From an uncultured Prevotella sp. (GTDB lineage Bacteria; Bacteroidota; Bacteroidia; Bacteroidales; Bacteroidaceae): a stretch of DNA of 60,957 nt. Numbering within the stretch: position 1 is the stretch's first letter; each line of letters opens with the position of its first letter. Below are positions 1 to 9,930 of the stretch, piece after piece. The notes under the pieces are model-generated. The model did no database searches and was not told the origin of the DNA. It saw only the letters and a program-made list of their open reading frames with translations. Location of the stretch: the NCBI GenBank assembly GCA_963515815.1, contig CAUQAO010000001.1, positions 1 to 60,957 of the forward strand, written 5' to 3'. The position numbers and the translations under genes were made by a program.

Positions 1-219
1 GATGATGGCATTGACACCGTCTTTTTGCAATTCGTCCAGCTGATAAGCAAGCTCTCGTTGCATGCCGGCCGTTCCCAAACGTTCGAACTGCCCGTTGACA
101 CACTGTATCCATGCCCCACGAAACTCACGCTTGCGATGACTTTGCGCATAACTCGGCCCAACGATACCACCCACTAATAAAAATAGAAAAAGCCTGTTCA
201 AGGCCAAAATACTTTTCAT
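1..219 (-). CDS. 5' part of a secreted glycoside hydrolase-like family 10 (GHL10, YddW/DigH-like) protein; runs off the window
   Basis: Manual translation MKSILALNRLFLFLLVGGIVGPSYAQSHRKREFRGAWIQCVNGQF...ELQKDGVNAII: signal peptide then the REFRGAWI motif typical of GHL10; -7 box TATCTTTG (minus) at 240-247. Confidence 0.8.
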   Translation of the reverse strand, partial: MKSILALNRLFLFLLVGGIVGPSYAQSHRKREFRGAWIQCVNGQFERLGTAGMQRELAYQLDELQKDGVNAII

Positions 220-370
220 GTTATTTCTTCTTTTTTCTGCAAAGATAATGGTTGCCAGATAAAATACCAAAAATAACGGATAAACGCGCCGCTCCCCGGC
301 GTTTCTCAACCACTCGGAAGCCCGCCCGCCCGCAACCCCCCCTGCCGAACATCATTTCATGCACATCATT

Positions 371-402
371 TTTGGATATGTGCAAATAAGAGCGTATCTT
401 TG
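371..402 (+). promoter_or_regulatory. Bacteroidota housekeeping promoter for the acyl-CoA ligase pair
   Basis: TTTG (371-374) - 20 nt - TATCTTTG (395-402) matches the -33/-7 consensus. Confidence 0.75.
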
Positions 403-425
403 CACACAAATTCGATCATTGTGCA

Positions 426-2111
426 ATGAAATCAGTGCCAAATTTCAATTCATATATAGAGCAGAGTATTATTAAGAACTGGGATAAAGACGCTCTGACA
501 GATTACAAAGGTGCAACGTTTCAATACAAAGATGTTGCCCGCAAGATAGAGAAGCTGCATATCCTGTTCGAGAATAGCGGTATACAGAAAGGCGATAAAA
601 TAGCCCTCTGCGGGCGCAACAGCAGCTGTTGGGGCATCGCCTTTTTTGCCACCTTGACGTATGGTGCCGTTGCCGTACCCATTCAGCACGAGTTTACACC
701 CGAACAGGTTTACAATATCGTTAACCACAGCGACGCCAAGTTGCTGTTCGTGGGCGATATCGTAGCACCGACACTGGATGCCGATCAGATGCCTCGGCTC
801 GAAGGCATCATTTATATTCCCGACTACTCGCTGGTCGTATCCCGGACAGACAAGCTGACCTATGCCCGCGAACACCTCAACCAGATATTCGGCTCGAAGT
901 TTCCGAAGTATTTCAGACCCGAACACGTCCACTATCATGTTCCGAAAGATGCCGAAGAGCTGGCCATCATCAATTATACCAGCGGAACCACCGGCTTTTC
1001 GAAAGGAGTCATGCTACCATACCGCGCTCTGTGGGGCAATTTGGATTTCTGCTTCCACGACATCGGCAGCCATCTGACGCCCGGCAGCAGCGTGTTGAGC
1101 ATTCTGCCGATGGCCCACATGTATGGCATGATGGTAGAATTTATTTTCGAATTCTGCTTCGGAAATCACATCTATTTTCTGACGCGCTTGCCCAGCCCTA
1201 CTTTCATTGCCGAAGCGCTTCAAGAGGTAAAACCGGCCATCGTAATTTCGGTCCCGATGGTCATTGAGAAGATCGTCAGAAAAAAGATATTCCCGTCGTT
1301 TCAAACTCCTTTGCTCAACATCCTGCTCAACATGCCCGTTGTCAACAAACACGTAAAAGAACGAATCTGCAAACAAGTGATCGACATCTTCGGCGGCAAT
1401 CTGTACGAGGTCATGGTCGGCGGTGCCGGCATGAATCAGGAAATAGAAAGCTTTTTACACGATATCGATTTCCCGCTGACGATGGGATACGGCACTACCG
1501 AAACCGCACCGATGATCACCTTCAGCGACCACACCGACTTCGTACCAGGCTCGTGCGGAACGCCGGTCAGGCACATGGAAGTAAGAATTGACAGCAACGA
1601 TCCCAAAACCGTCGAGGGAGAGATCGTTACGCGCGGCATCAACGTCATGCTCGGCTACTATAAAAACGAAGAAGCAACCCGTAAGGTAATCGACGCCGAC
1701 GGCTGGTTCCACACCGGCGACCTGGCAACGATGAGCCGAGACGGGCACGTATTTATCCGGGGGCGCAAGAAGAATCTGCTGCTGGGATCGAACGGACAGA
1801 ATGTTTATCCCGAAGAAATAGAAGGAAAGCTGAACTCGATGACAATGGTCAGTGAATGTCTCGTTGTACAAGATGGCGACAGAATCGTCGGACTGGTACA
1901 CCCCGACCTCGAGACCGCAGCCTCGATGGAATTTACAGACGAAGACATGGCAAACATCATGCAAGAAAACTTGCAAGAGCTCAACAAACTTCTGCCATCG
2001 TTCAGCCGGCTCTCCGAAATCAGAATACAACAAGAAGAATTCGAGAAAACACCTAAAAAGTCGATCAAACGATATTTATACCAAAACAAGATTTTAAAAA
2101 CAACCGAATAA
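426..2111 (+). CDS. Long-chain fatty acid--CoA ligase (AMP-binding family), copy 1
   Basis: YTSGTTGFSKGV, GYGTTE, GWFHTGDL and GRKKN motifs; C-terminal KTPKKSIKR. Confidence 0.9.
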   Translation: MKSVPNFNSYIEQSIIKNWDKDALTDYKGATFQYKDVARKIEKLHILFENSGIQKGDKIALCGRNSSCWGIAFFATLTYGAVAVPIQHEFTPEQVYNIVNHSDAKLLFVGDIVAPTLDADQMPRLEGIIYIPDYSLVVSRTDKLTYAREHLNQIFGSKFPKYFRPEHVHYHVPKDAEELAIINYTSGTTGFSKGVMLPYRALWGNLDFCFHDIGSHLTPGSSVLSILPMAHMYGMMVEFIFEFCFGNHIYFLTRLPSPTFIAEALQEVKPAIVISVPMVIEKIVRKKIFPSFQTPLLNILLNMPVVNKHVKERICKQVIDIFGGNLYEVMVGGAGMNQEIESFLHDIDFPLTMGYGTTETAPMITFSDHTDFVPGSCGTPVRHMEVRIDSNDPKTVEGEIVTRGINVMLGYYKNEEATRKVIDADGWFHTGDLATMSRDGHVFIRGRKKNLLLGSNGQNVYPEEIEGKLNSMTMVSECLVVQDGDRIVGLVHPDLETAASMEFTDEDMANIMQENLQELNKLLPSFSRLSEIRIQQEEFEKTPKKSIKRYLYQNKILKTTE

Positions 2112-2126
2112 AACAAATAAAACATC

Positions 2127-3794
2127 ATGGAAATACCAAGTTTCAACGCCCTTATCCAAAAGAGTATTATCGACCACTGGTCATTAGATGCGCTGACAGA
2201 CTATCAGGGAGCCACGCTACAATATCACGACGTGGCCCGGAAAATAGAAAAGCTGCACATTCTATTCGAAAACAGCGGCGTACAGCGAGGCGATAAAATA
2301 GCTCTCTGCGGGCGCAACAGTTCGGCATGGGCATGCGCCTTCGTGGCCACGCTCACCTACGGAGCCGTAGCCGTTCCGATACTGCACGAGTTTACGGCCG
2401 AACAAATTCATAACATCGTCAACCACAGTGAGGCCAAACTGCTCTTCGTCGGCGATGTGGTATCCACTATTGTCGATGCCACCAAAATGCCCGACATAGA
2501 GGGAATCGTCTACTTGCCCGACTACTCGCTGGTCGTATCCCGGACAGACAAACTGACCTACGCCCGCGAACATCTCAACGAAATTTTCGGCCGGAAATAT
2601 CCGAAGTTCTTCCGGCAAGAACACGTAAAATACTACATCGAACAAAATCCCGACGAACTAGCCCTGATTAACTACACCAGCGGAACCACCGGTTTTTCGA
2701 AAGGCGTCATGGTACCCTACCGCGCCCTTTGGGGCAATGCCGATTTCGCTTTCCACGTGCTGGGCGACAAACTGCATGCCGGCGACAACGTGATGAGCAT
2801 CCTGCCCATGGCCCACATGTATGGCATGGCCTTCGAATTCATCTACGAGTTCATCACCGGCGCCCACATTTTCTACCTCACCCGCATCCCCAGTCCGGCC
2901 ATCATTGCCCAAGCATTCGCCACTGTCAAGCCCGCGCTGGTCGTTGCTGTTCCGCTGGTCATCGAGAAGATTATCAAGAAAAAAGTATATCCGAAGATAC
3001 AAAACAACAAGATGAAGTTGCTGCTCAATATGCCCGTTATCAGCAAGAAGGTGAACGAGAAGATATGCGAAGAAGTGGTCAAGGCTTTTGGTGGAAATTT
3101 CTATCAAATCATTATTGGCGGAGCCGCGCTCAACCAAGACATCGAGCAGTTCATGCGCAAGATCGGATTCCCCTACACCGTCGGATACGGCACCACCGAA
3201 TGCGCCCCGATCATTGCTTACTCCGACTGGACCACCTTCGTACCGGGCAGTTGCGGAAGAGCGGCCCACCACATGCAAGTAAAAATTGCCAGTAACGATC
3301 CGGCCAACATTCCCGGCGAGATATTGGCCAAAGGTCCCAACGTAATGCTCGGCTACTACAAGAACGAGAAAGCCACACGCGAGGTGCTCGATGCCGACGG
3401 GTGGTACCACACCGGCGACTTGGGAACCATGGATGCCGAAGGCAATATCTTTATTAAAGGGCGGTCGAAAAACATGCTGCTCGGCGCTTCGGGGCAGAAC
3501 ATCTATCCCGAAGAGATAGAAGACAAGCTCAATTCGCTTGCAATGGTCAGCGAAAGCATCGTGATACAAGAAGGCGACAAGCTGGTAGCCCTCGTCTATC
3601 CCGATTTCGACGAAGCCGGCGTCATCGGCCTGACACGCGCCGACCTCGAGGAAGTAATGGAACAAAACCGCCAGCAACTCAACAATATGATGCCGACCTA
3701 CAGCAAGCTGAACGCCATCCGCATACACGAAGAAGAGTTCGAAAAAACGCCCAAAAAGAGCATCAAACGCTACTTGTATCAAGGCAAGGCATAA
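2127..3794 (+). CDS. Long-chain fatty acid--CoA ligase (AMP-binding family), copy 2
   Basis: YTSGTTGFSKGV, GYGTTE, GWYHTGDL motifs; full-length tandem paralog of 426..2111. Confidence 0.9.
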   Translation: MEIPSFNALIQKSIIDHWSLDALTDYQGATLQYHDVARKIEKLHILFENSGVQRGDKIALCGRNSSAWACAFVATLTYGAVAVPILHEFTAEQIHNIVNHSEAKLLFVGDVVSTIVDATKMPDIEGIVYLPDYSLVVSRTDKLTYAREHLNEIFGRKYPKFFRQEHVKYYIEQNPDELALINYTSGTTGFSKGVMVPYRALWGNADFAFHVLGDKLHAGDNVMSILPMAHMYGMAFEFIYEFITGAHIFYLTRIPSPAIIAQAFATVKPALVVAVPLVIEKIIKKKVYPKIQNNKMKLLLNMPVISKKVNEKICEEVVKAFGGNFYQIIIGGAALNQDIEQFMRKIGFPYTVGYGTTECAPIIAYSDWTTFVPGSCGRAAHHMQVKIASNDPANIPGEILAKGPNVMLGYYKNEKATREVLDADGWYHTGDLGTMDAEGNIFIKGRSKNMLLGASGQNIYPEEIEDKLNSLAMVSESIVIQEGDKLVALVYPDFDEAGVIGLTRADLEEVMEQNRQQLNNMMPTYSKLNAIRIHEEEFEKTPKKSIKRYLYQGKA

Positions 3795-3814
3795 TCTTTA
3801 TAAATATCTGTTGT

Positions 3815-4825
3815 ATGAAATAACTGAAATTTGTATGCTCCCTATTGGGGCTTTGCTGCGTAATGGGTTGCACGAATTCGGACAAAACGGAGAAATACCA
3901 GCAGCAGCGTAACGAGATAGTCAACGTACATTCTTCGGTCAAAGAAATACCGATCAAAGATGTGATGATAAGCTCGACGGCTCATTTATATTTGTTAGAC
4001 CATTACCTAATCATCGCCGATTACAAATCGCCAGACAAACAGATACACATATTCGACAAGAATAGTTTTAAATATTTAGTTAGCACGGCACAAGCAGGGC
4101 ATGGCCCCGACGAGATAACGATAATGGGGCATATCGGTGTAAATAACAACGAACGCCTGTTCTACGCGTCGGACTATGGCAAACGGAAGATATACAGTTA
4201 TGCGATTGACAGCCTTTTGGCCAATCCCGATTACTGCCCGAGAATAAAAACGACGATGAATGCGTTGAAGTTTCCCGACAGATACCAATATATCAACGAC
4301 ACCCTGTCGTTTGCCTTGATGATAGAGCCGACCAGCGTCTCAACATTCAAGCAGTCGGTTGCAAAATGGAATATTCAGGCAGACACGTTCGAGCCGATGA
4401 AATACGAACATCCCGATATAACGAAAAAGCGGATCAGCTTTGCCGTCTCGGAAGAAAAAGGATTATGTGTAGAATGCTATACTTTCCACGATTTGATGTC
4501 GATCCTCACGCTCGATGGCGAATTAAAGTACAACATCTATGGACCTGCGTGGGATAAAAAAGAGTCGAATAAGATTCACCATTATGACGATGTAGTGTTC
4601 TGCGGCGACAAAATTATAGCAGCTTATTCGGGTGGCGATAATTTTTCAGACGCTTATGCGCCTACCAAACTCCTCGTTTTCAACCTTGAGGGAGATTATC
4701 TGAAAACGTTGGATGTGGGCTATCGTATTTCGTCGTTTTGCTATGACAAGGATCGCAACAGGCTGATCATGGTTCTGGATGATGAAATACAGTTCGGATA
4801 TTTGGATTTGGATCATATTCTTTGA
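3815..4825 (+). pseudogene. Beta-propeller lipoprotein (BF3164-like), with an in-frame TAA at codon 3 of the apparent signal peptide
   Basis: ATG AAA TAA CTG AAA TTT... at 3815 is in frame with ORF 3845..4825 and gives MK*LKFVCSLLGLCCVMGC (lipobox-like); body has GHGPDE and LLVFNLEGDYLKTL propeller motifs. May still be expressed from TTG 3845. Confidence 0.6.
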
Positions 4826-4858
4826 TCATTATACGTAGAAAACGATGAAAACAGCGCG

Positions 4859-4913
4859 TCCCAAGTTTGGGAAACCTCGAAAATGAGAAAAACCACGTTT
4901 CCCAATGTTGGGA
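4859..4913. repeat. Two palindromic cores TCCCAA-NN-TTGGGA, 41 bp apart, between convergent genes
   Basis: TCCCAAGTTTGGGA at 4859 and TCCCAATGTTGGGA at 4900. Confidence 0.75.
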
Positions 4914-4915
4914 AG

Positions 4916-5512
4916 CTAAAACACAAAGACGAAAGAATAAAACAGCTGGGCTGCCAAGACGTACATAACAAGCAGCGGAGCAATGGAGCCGACGCCATAA
5001 GACAGGCTCTTGAAAATATCGGTCAGCGAACGATACGAGGCGCTCAGCCAGCCGAATGTTACGGAAAGGCAGCAGACCGTAAAGCACAACACGGGGATGA
5101 TGCTCTGCGAAAAACTGCTAGGGTAAAGATAACCCGTAACGCCCAACAGAATGGCTTGCGGCATGAGCGTCAGCAAGCCTAATATAACGGCAAAGATGAG
5201 CAGTTCGAATAAAACGATTTTGAGCGCAAAACGCTGTCGGTATTGATTTCGTGCCGGACAAACAAGCGCCGTCCACAATCCGCTGAGACGCAAAGTTCCG
5301 GCCGCCATCCCCAACAGTATCAACCAAACGAGCAGGGGCGAAGCAAGGTTGTCGGTAAATTGTCCGAAGAACCATCTGATGCCTTCGCTACCCAGCAACG
5401 AACGGAACGGCAGTTCGGGCAATGCGGCTGTTATCAGCCACGACAGCAGGATCAAGAGCAACTGTACAACTCCTAAACCGAATGTAACGACAGCAAAGAT
5501 TTTATGCTTCAT
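4916..5512 (-). CDS. Short membrane protein resembling the N-terminal part of AbgT-family transporters
   Basis: About 5 hydrophobic segments; SLLGSEGIRWFFGQFTDNLASPLL resembles the AbgT motif SLLSxxGxRW...NF..F.PL; start overlaps the response regulator stop. Confidence 0.6.
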   Translation of the reverse strand: MKHKIFAVVTFGLGVVQLLLILLSWLITAALPELPFRSLLGSEGIRWFFGQFTDNLASPLLVWLILLGMAAGTLRLSGLWTALVCPARNQYRQRFALKIVLFELLIFAVILGLLTLMPQAILLGVTGYLYPSSFSQSIIPVLCFTVCCLSVTFGWLSASYRSLTDIFKSLSYGVGSIAPLLVMYVLAAQLFYSFVFVF

Positions 5513-6227
5513 CCGAATGTAGATTATCTATGTCGAGAATACGCAATTCGATGGCCCTGACAACCAAGCGAGTTGCATTGATGCCTACCCCGCCGTTGCC
5601 GTCGGGAAAAAGTTTTTGTACCAGTTCGTTCTGCCGCTTCTCCAAACTCTTTACGCCGAAAGGCATGCCACGCAGATTGGTAATCTGCTCTTTTGTGTAA
5701 CCGAGCGCAAGATGGCGCAGAAAACGTTCGTCGTATTCGTCGATCTCGTAATTGACAATCGCCTCTTGCCGCATGATTTGGTTGTTGATGCTCGACTTAA
5801 ATCTTTCAACGATTCGTTCGAGTATAGGTTGGTTGAAGACCATTCGTTTGCCGTCCATCACGCTCGCAACATCGCCGCGGGTGAGCAATTCGCCGCTCTT
5901 GAGAATGATGCCGTCGCACCCCGCATCGAGTACATCGATCCACAGCTTCTCGTTCAATATCTCACCCGTAAAGATCAACACTTTTACGTGCGGATAACTT
6001 TGCTTGGTTTGCCGGCAAATCTCTACGCCGACGGTTGTCGACCCGCCGAGCCCCAAATCGAGCAACACCAAGTCGGGCAACTGTTGTTTGATCAACCGCC
6101 AATATACCTGTTCGTTCTCTGCCGTACCGATGATCTCGGCTTCGGGTATCTCGTTTCTGAAAATACCTTCGGTGCCTTTCAGTTCAAGCGGCACATCCTC
6201 TACTATGATAATCTTAAATGGTTCCAT
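5502..6227 (-). CDS. Response regulator: receiver domain plus divergent LuxR-like C-terminus (DUF5932-type)
   Basis: IIIVED...PDLVLLD...LIFTG...IILK receiver residues all present; C-terminal EYDERFLRHLALGYTKEQI is HTH-like. Confidence 0.85.
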   Translation of the reverse strand: MEPFKIIIVEDVPLELKGTEGIFRNEIPEAEIIGTAENEQVYWRLIKQQLPDLVLLDLGLGGSTTVGVEICRQTKQSYPHVKVLIFTGEILNEKLWIDVLDAGCDGIILKSGELLTRGDVASVMDGKRMVFNQPILERIVERFKSSINNQIMRQEAIVNYEIDEYDERFLRHLALGYTKEQITNLRGMPFGVKSLEKRQNELVQKLFPDGNGGVGINATRLVVRAIELRILDIDNLHSDEA

Positions 6228-9200
6228 ACTGCTGTTGTTAAAATAATATGAATGTTAATTGTTCCTTGTTCATTTCTGGTTGCCTGTATTCCGCAGGCTC
6301 TTGCGTTGGTGGCCTCGCCTATATCCCTGATAATCTGTCGGCAGAGCATATACTGCAAATTTATCGTGTTGAGCGTGAACAGAGACGCCACTTGTTCGTC
6401 GGTTAGCTGCAGGTTGACCATCGCCACATGAATGCGGCTATAAATATCGTCTCTAACTTCGGCCGTGACGAGCGGCATCGTACCCGCGTTTCGCTCTTTA
6501 AGAATATCGAATAGGTAGTTCAGCATTTTGTAGTCGACTTGCGTATGCTTGTCGAGCTGCCGCATGGCCTGAGCGCTCAAAAGCGCGTACAACTCTTTGT
6601 AATAGGACGAAACTTCATTAAGCGCCTTAAGATTGTCGTCTCTACCGTCGACTAGCAAGCGTATCTTCGAGGGATAATACATGGTCTCGTGCTTCAGCGT
6701 CGATAGGCAATTGTCCAGTACACTGTTGCTGATATACAGCTGGTCGTTTTCGTAACCGGTACGCCTCAATTCGTCTTCGGCCAGTTCGATATTAGCGTAC
6801 TGAATGCTGTCTGCCTGAATGCTCTGTCGCAACGCCTCTTTAATTTGTTCTACAATCTGGTTCAGCATCGGAAACTGCGCATTGAACATCGGCCGGTTGA
6901 AGGTCCAAACGTGTTCTATCTTGCGCAGCTTTTCGCTTGGCGAAATATCGCTCAAAAGAATCTGGTTGATACCATTGATCTTGTCGACACAGAATCGGTA
7001 ATAAACCCGATGACGATAATAAAGAAAATAATAGGCGGGGAAGATCAGGCCGAAAATCAACAAAAGGATAATGATGGCTACATTCTTGTTGGTTTCCGAT
7101 TCTTGCATCATATTGACGTATGTGCCCAGGGTGTTGTCAGCACTCCGCTCTCTGAACAGCTGCGTGTAGACCCTGTTATTGAAAGAATACAATGCCCACC
7201 GATGTAGGGCCAACGCCGCAACGGCGCTCTCGTTCCTGATGTCCAATATGATGTTATAGTTAATGGGAAGACTGTCGTGCAGCCACTTCAGCTCTGCAGG
7301 CGTTTCAGTGCTATTAGACATCAGCACCATTTCGCTTTTTCCGTGAGGATGATGCTGACGATAAAACCTGTTCAGGTAATAGATACAGCTGTCTGCAAAA
7401 GAAAGTGTCTGCCGGTAGGTTCCATTGATATTGCTGTAATAAGCACTGTCTGCAAAGAGATTAGCCCTACCCATATTGTCTGTTTTCGAAACGCAAATCG
7501 ACGCAGAGCGGTGTCTCTGCACACCGATACGACCCGACAGGCCAGCATAAGCATGTAAAGCTGTCATGGCAAAGGTACACAGAACAAGCACGGTACGGAT
7601 CAAGCCCTTCGGAATACGGAAAGAGAATGTGCTCCCCTTGCCCACTTTGCTCGTCACATTGAATTCGCATACGTCGAATATCTTGCTGGTCTTTTTATAC
7701 CGATCGATGATTCCCTTGCAATTCATCAACCCGAACCCATGACTGTGTTGTTGGCCCTGTACAGCGGCATCGCTTGCTAAAGAATAAGATTCGTCGCTGA
7801 TGGGCTTACGAAGAAACAGACCGGCCAGTTGCTCTTCAGGGATTCCGACACCGGTATCGTGGACGAAGATATCGACAAATTCGTCAGTCTGCTTTGCATA
7901 GACGCATACCGTGCCTCCGGGAGCGGTAAACTTTTTGGCGTTATCGGCCAAAGTATTCAACATGAAAAGTGTAAGAATCTTGTCGGCTTTCACAATGGCA
8001 TCAGTATCTTCTACCTGCAAATCGATTCCCTTGAGTTTGAATGCCATGCTGCTTCGCCGCAACATATCGAAGATAGATTGCAAGGGGAAACTTTCGATTT
8101 TCAAGCTCAGCACGCCCTGCCGCAATTGGATCCAATGGGTCAGCACCGTATTATAATCATTGATCTGATCGGTCAGTTCGGCGATGTATTCATAGCGTTC
8201 TTCTCTGACGGCAGGCTCTTCGTGTGCAACCGTCAGGCGTTTGATTTCGTGCAGAATGCGATCGATCAAAGGCGTAATGCTATTGACAAGCGAGATCTTT
8301 GCCCGTTGTTCTATGTTTCTTTTTTTATTTGTAAGAAGATGCATCTGGACGAGTTGTTTCTCCTCCTCAATTTCGGCATACTTGCTCTTGCACTCTTCCA
8401 GAAACAAGGCGTTTTCTTGCTGCCATACCTTTAGCGGTTCTAAGAGTTTAGTCAATGTCGAAGCCTTGCTGTCGCTTCGCTTTCGCATGTAATCGAAGAC
8501 CACCAGCAGAGCGCTGACAATAACGATCATGACAATAATGGCCAAGATCATACGATTCAATTGTTGCGACGATCGATTCAGCTGGTCTGCACGCGCCTCC
8601 AATTGCCTGTCCTGTCGTGTTTTCTCTTGTATATCGAGATAAATATTCCGGTTGTAATCGCTGTTGCGCTTATTGTCGAGTGCCGAGTAGGCCAACGACA
8701 ACTGTTCGCGTATAGAGGCTACCAGGTCGGGCGCCTGAACAATGGCGCGATTCTTTTCCAGGGCGTTGTGCAGACAAATCAGCGCCGAGCGGTAATCTTT
8801 CAGTTCCCAATAACACTCGGCTAATGTTCGATAGGCCCCCGCTATCTGATATACATCGCCGTAACGCGTAAAGATGTCTAACGACCTTCGCGCCAAATTG
8901 CCGGCGAGTAGCGAGTCGGGCATGTGATCGGTGTTGATAAACTGGAACGAAGGCAAGTTATCGCGAATCAACTGGTCGCGATACGTTTTTTCTTCCAAAT
9001 GCTCACTGATGGCCTGCAACGAGTTGGCCTCCCAATAAGGATAATGAAACTGTTTGGCCAAGAGATAGCAACGCATCAGATAATCGAACTCAGTCTGGTT
9101 GATTTCGGTATGCGTACCGCTCACAACAATGCCTCCGGCACCTACATTATAAAGGTAATTGAGAAACTGCGCCGTGTCTTGTACTATCTCTCCGTTGATA

Positions 9201-9763
9201 TCGATCTGTTTAATGGCATCTATCGACAGGTCTTCTAAGCCTACATAATAAAAGTAGGTAGAATTGATAATGGCAAACTCGCTTCGGGCGTAAATCATCC
9301 GGCGCTCTTGATGGTTGTTCAGGCTGCTTTTTTCTTCCTCTATACGTTTCAGGCGTCGCATTGCGCTTTCGCGATATACATAGAAGTCTTTGTTTCTCGA
9401 CCGTCGTTGGCACAGTCGCATCATCTGTACGTCGGCCACGAGCAGTTCTATCTGATTATCGGTTGTCGAGAGAATCTGCGACAAGAGTGTGTCGGCCGTG
9501 TTGTATTCCATCCGGGCCATGCTGACAAAAGCCAGGTTGTTCAGCGCCTCGGCATAGCCTTCGCCACGCGTTTTCGAAAGGTGCAACGCCCGGTCAGCAT
9601 AATAAAAGGTGCTGTCGAGATTACGGTAACGGAAAGCATACGCCTGCTCATTCAGAGCGGTTATTTCGCTTTCGTCCGACGCCGAGCAGGCTATTGCAGC
9701 GACGATACCAACGATTGTCGGCAGCACAAGACATAGATGCTTTACGAGTTTGTTAGCAGGCAT
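6203..9763 (-). CDS. Large two-module sensor histidine kinase (DUF5112/DUF5113-type)
   Basis: Lipobox-like IAC, TPR-like sensor, TM, N box LADNAKKFT, G1 DTGVGI, G2 HGFGL, G3 GKGSTF, then second TM-sensor-TM and HETMYYP; ATG 9763 preferred because the -7 box TATCTTTG lies at 9794-9801 (minus). Confidence 0.85.
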   Translation of the reverse strand: MPANKLVKHLCLVLPTIVGIVAAIACSASDESEITALNEQAYAFRYRNLDSTFYYADRALHLSKTRGEGYAEALNNLAFVSMARMEYNTADTLLSQILSTTDNQIELLVADVQMMRLCQRRSRNKDFYVYRESAMRRLKRIEEEKSSLNNHQERRMIYARSEFAIINSTYFYYVGLEDLSIDAIKQIDINGEIVQDTAQFLNYLYNVGAGGIVVSGTHTEINQTEFDYLMRCYLLAKQFHYPYWEANSLQAISEHLEEKTYRDQLIRDNLPSFQFINTDHMPDSLLAGNLARRSLDIFTRYGDVYQIAGAYRTLAECYWELKDYRSALICLHNALEKNRAIVQAPDLVASIREQLSLAYSALDNKRNSDYNRNIYLDIQEKTRQDRQLEARADQLNRSSQQLNRMILAIIVMIVIVSALLVVFDYMRKRSDSKASTLTKLLEPLKVWQQENALFLEECKSKYAEIEEEKQLVQMHLLTNKKRNIEQRAKISLVNSITPLIDRILHEIKRLTVAHEEPAVREERYEYIAELTDQINDYNTVLTHWIQLRQGVLSLKIESFPLQSIFDMLRRSSMAFKLKGIDLQVEDTDAIVKADKILTLFMLNTLADNAKKFTAPGGTVCVYAKQTDEFVDIFVHDTGVGIPEEQLAGLFLRKPISDESYSLASDAAVQGQQHSHGFGLMNCKGIIDRYKKTSKIFDVCEFNVTSKVGKGSTFSFRIPKGLIRTVLVLCTFAMTALHAYAGLSGRIGVQRHRSASICVSKTDNMGRANLFADSAYYSNINGTYRQTLSFADSCIYYLNRFYRQHHPHGKSEMVLMSNSTETPAELKWLHDSLPINYNIILDIRNESAVAALALHRWALYSFNNRVYTQLFRERSADNTLGTYVNMMQESETNKNVAIIILLLIFGLIFPAYYFLYYRHRVYYRFCVDKINGINQILLSDISPSEKLRKIEHVWTFNRPMFNAQFPMLNQIVEQIKEALRQSIQADSIQYANIELAEDELRRTGYENDQLYISNSVLDNCLSTLKHETMYYPSKIRLLVDGRDDNLKALNEVSSYYKELYALLSAQAMRQLDKHTQVDYKMLNYLFDILKERNAGTMPLVTAEVRDDIYSRIHVAMVNLQLTDEQVASLFTLNTINLQYMLCRQIIRDIGEATNARACGIQATRNEQGTINIHIILTTAVWNHLRLS

Positions 9764-9930
9764 TTGAAAATCGTAATGAACTAATGTGATGCACAAAGAT
9801 AATGTTTTTTTCCTGCAGGAGCGTAAGAAAAGAATCGGAATAGGCACTGCGGGCAGAAATTATAAGATTGTGGGCTCGCACGATATGAAGTTTTATTTGT
9901 AATTTTGCCGCATATTTCAAGTGCCAAAGT

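Noticed and set aside
283..345. GC-rich patch with a C7 run between divergent promoters
   Set aside because: It lies outside both -33/-7 spacers and shows no clear repeat or invertible structure
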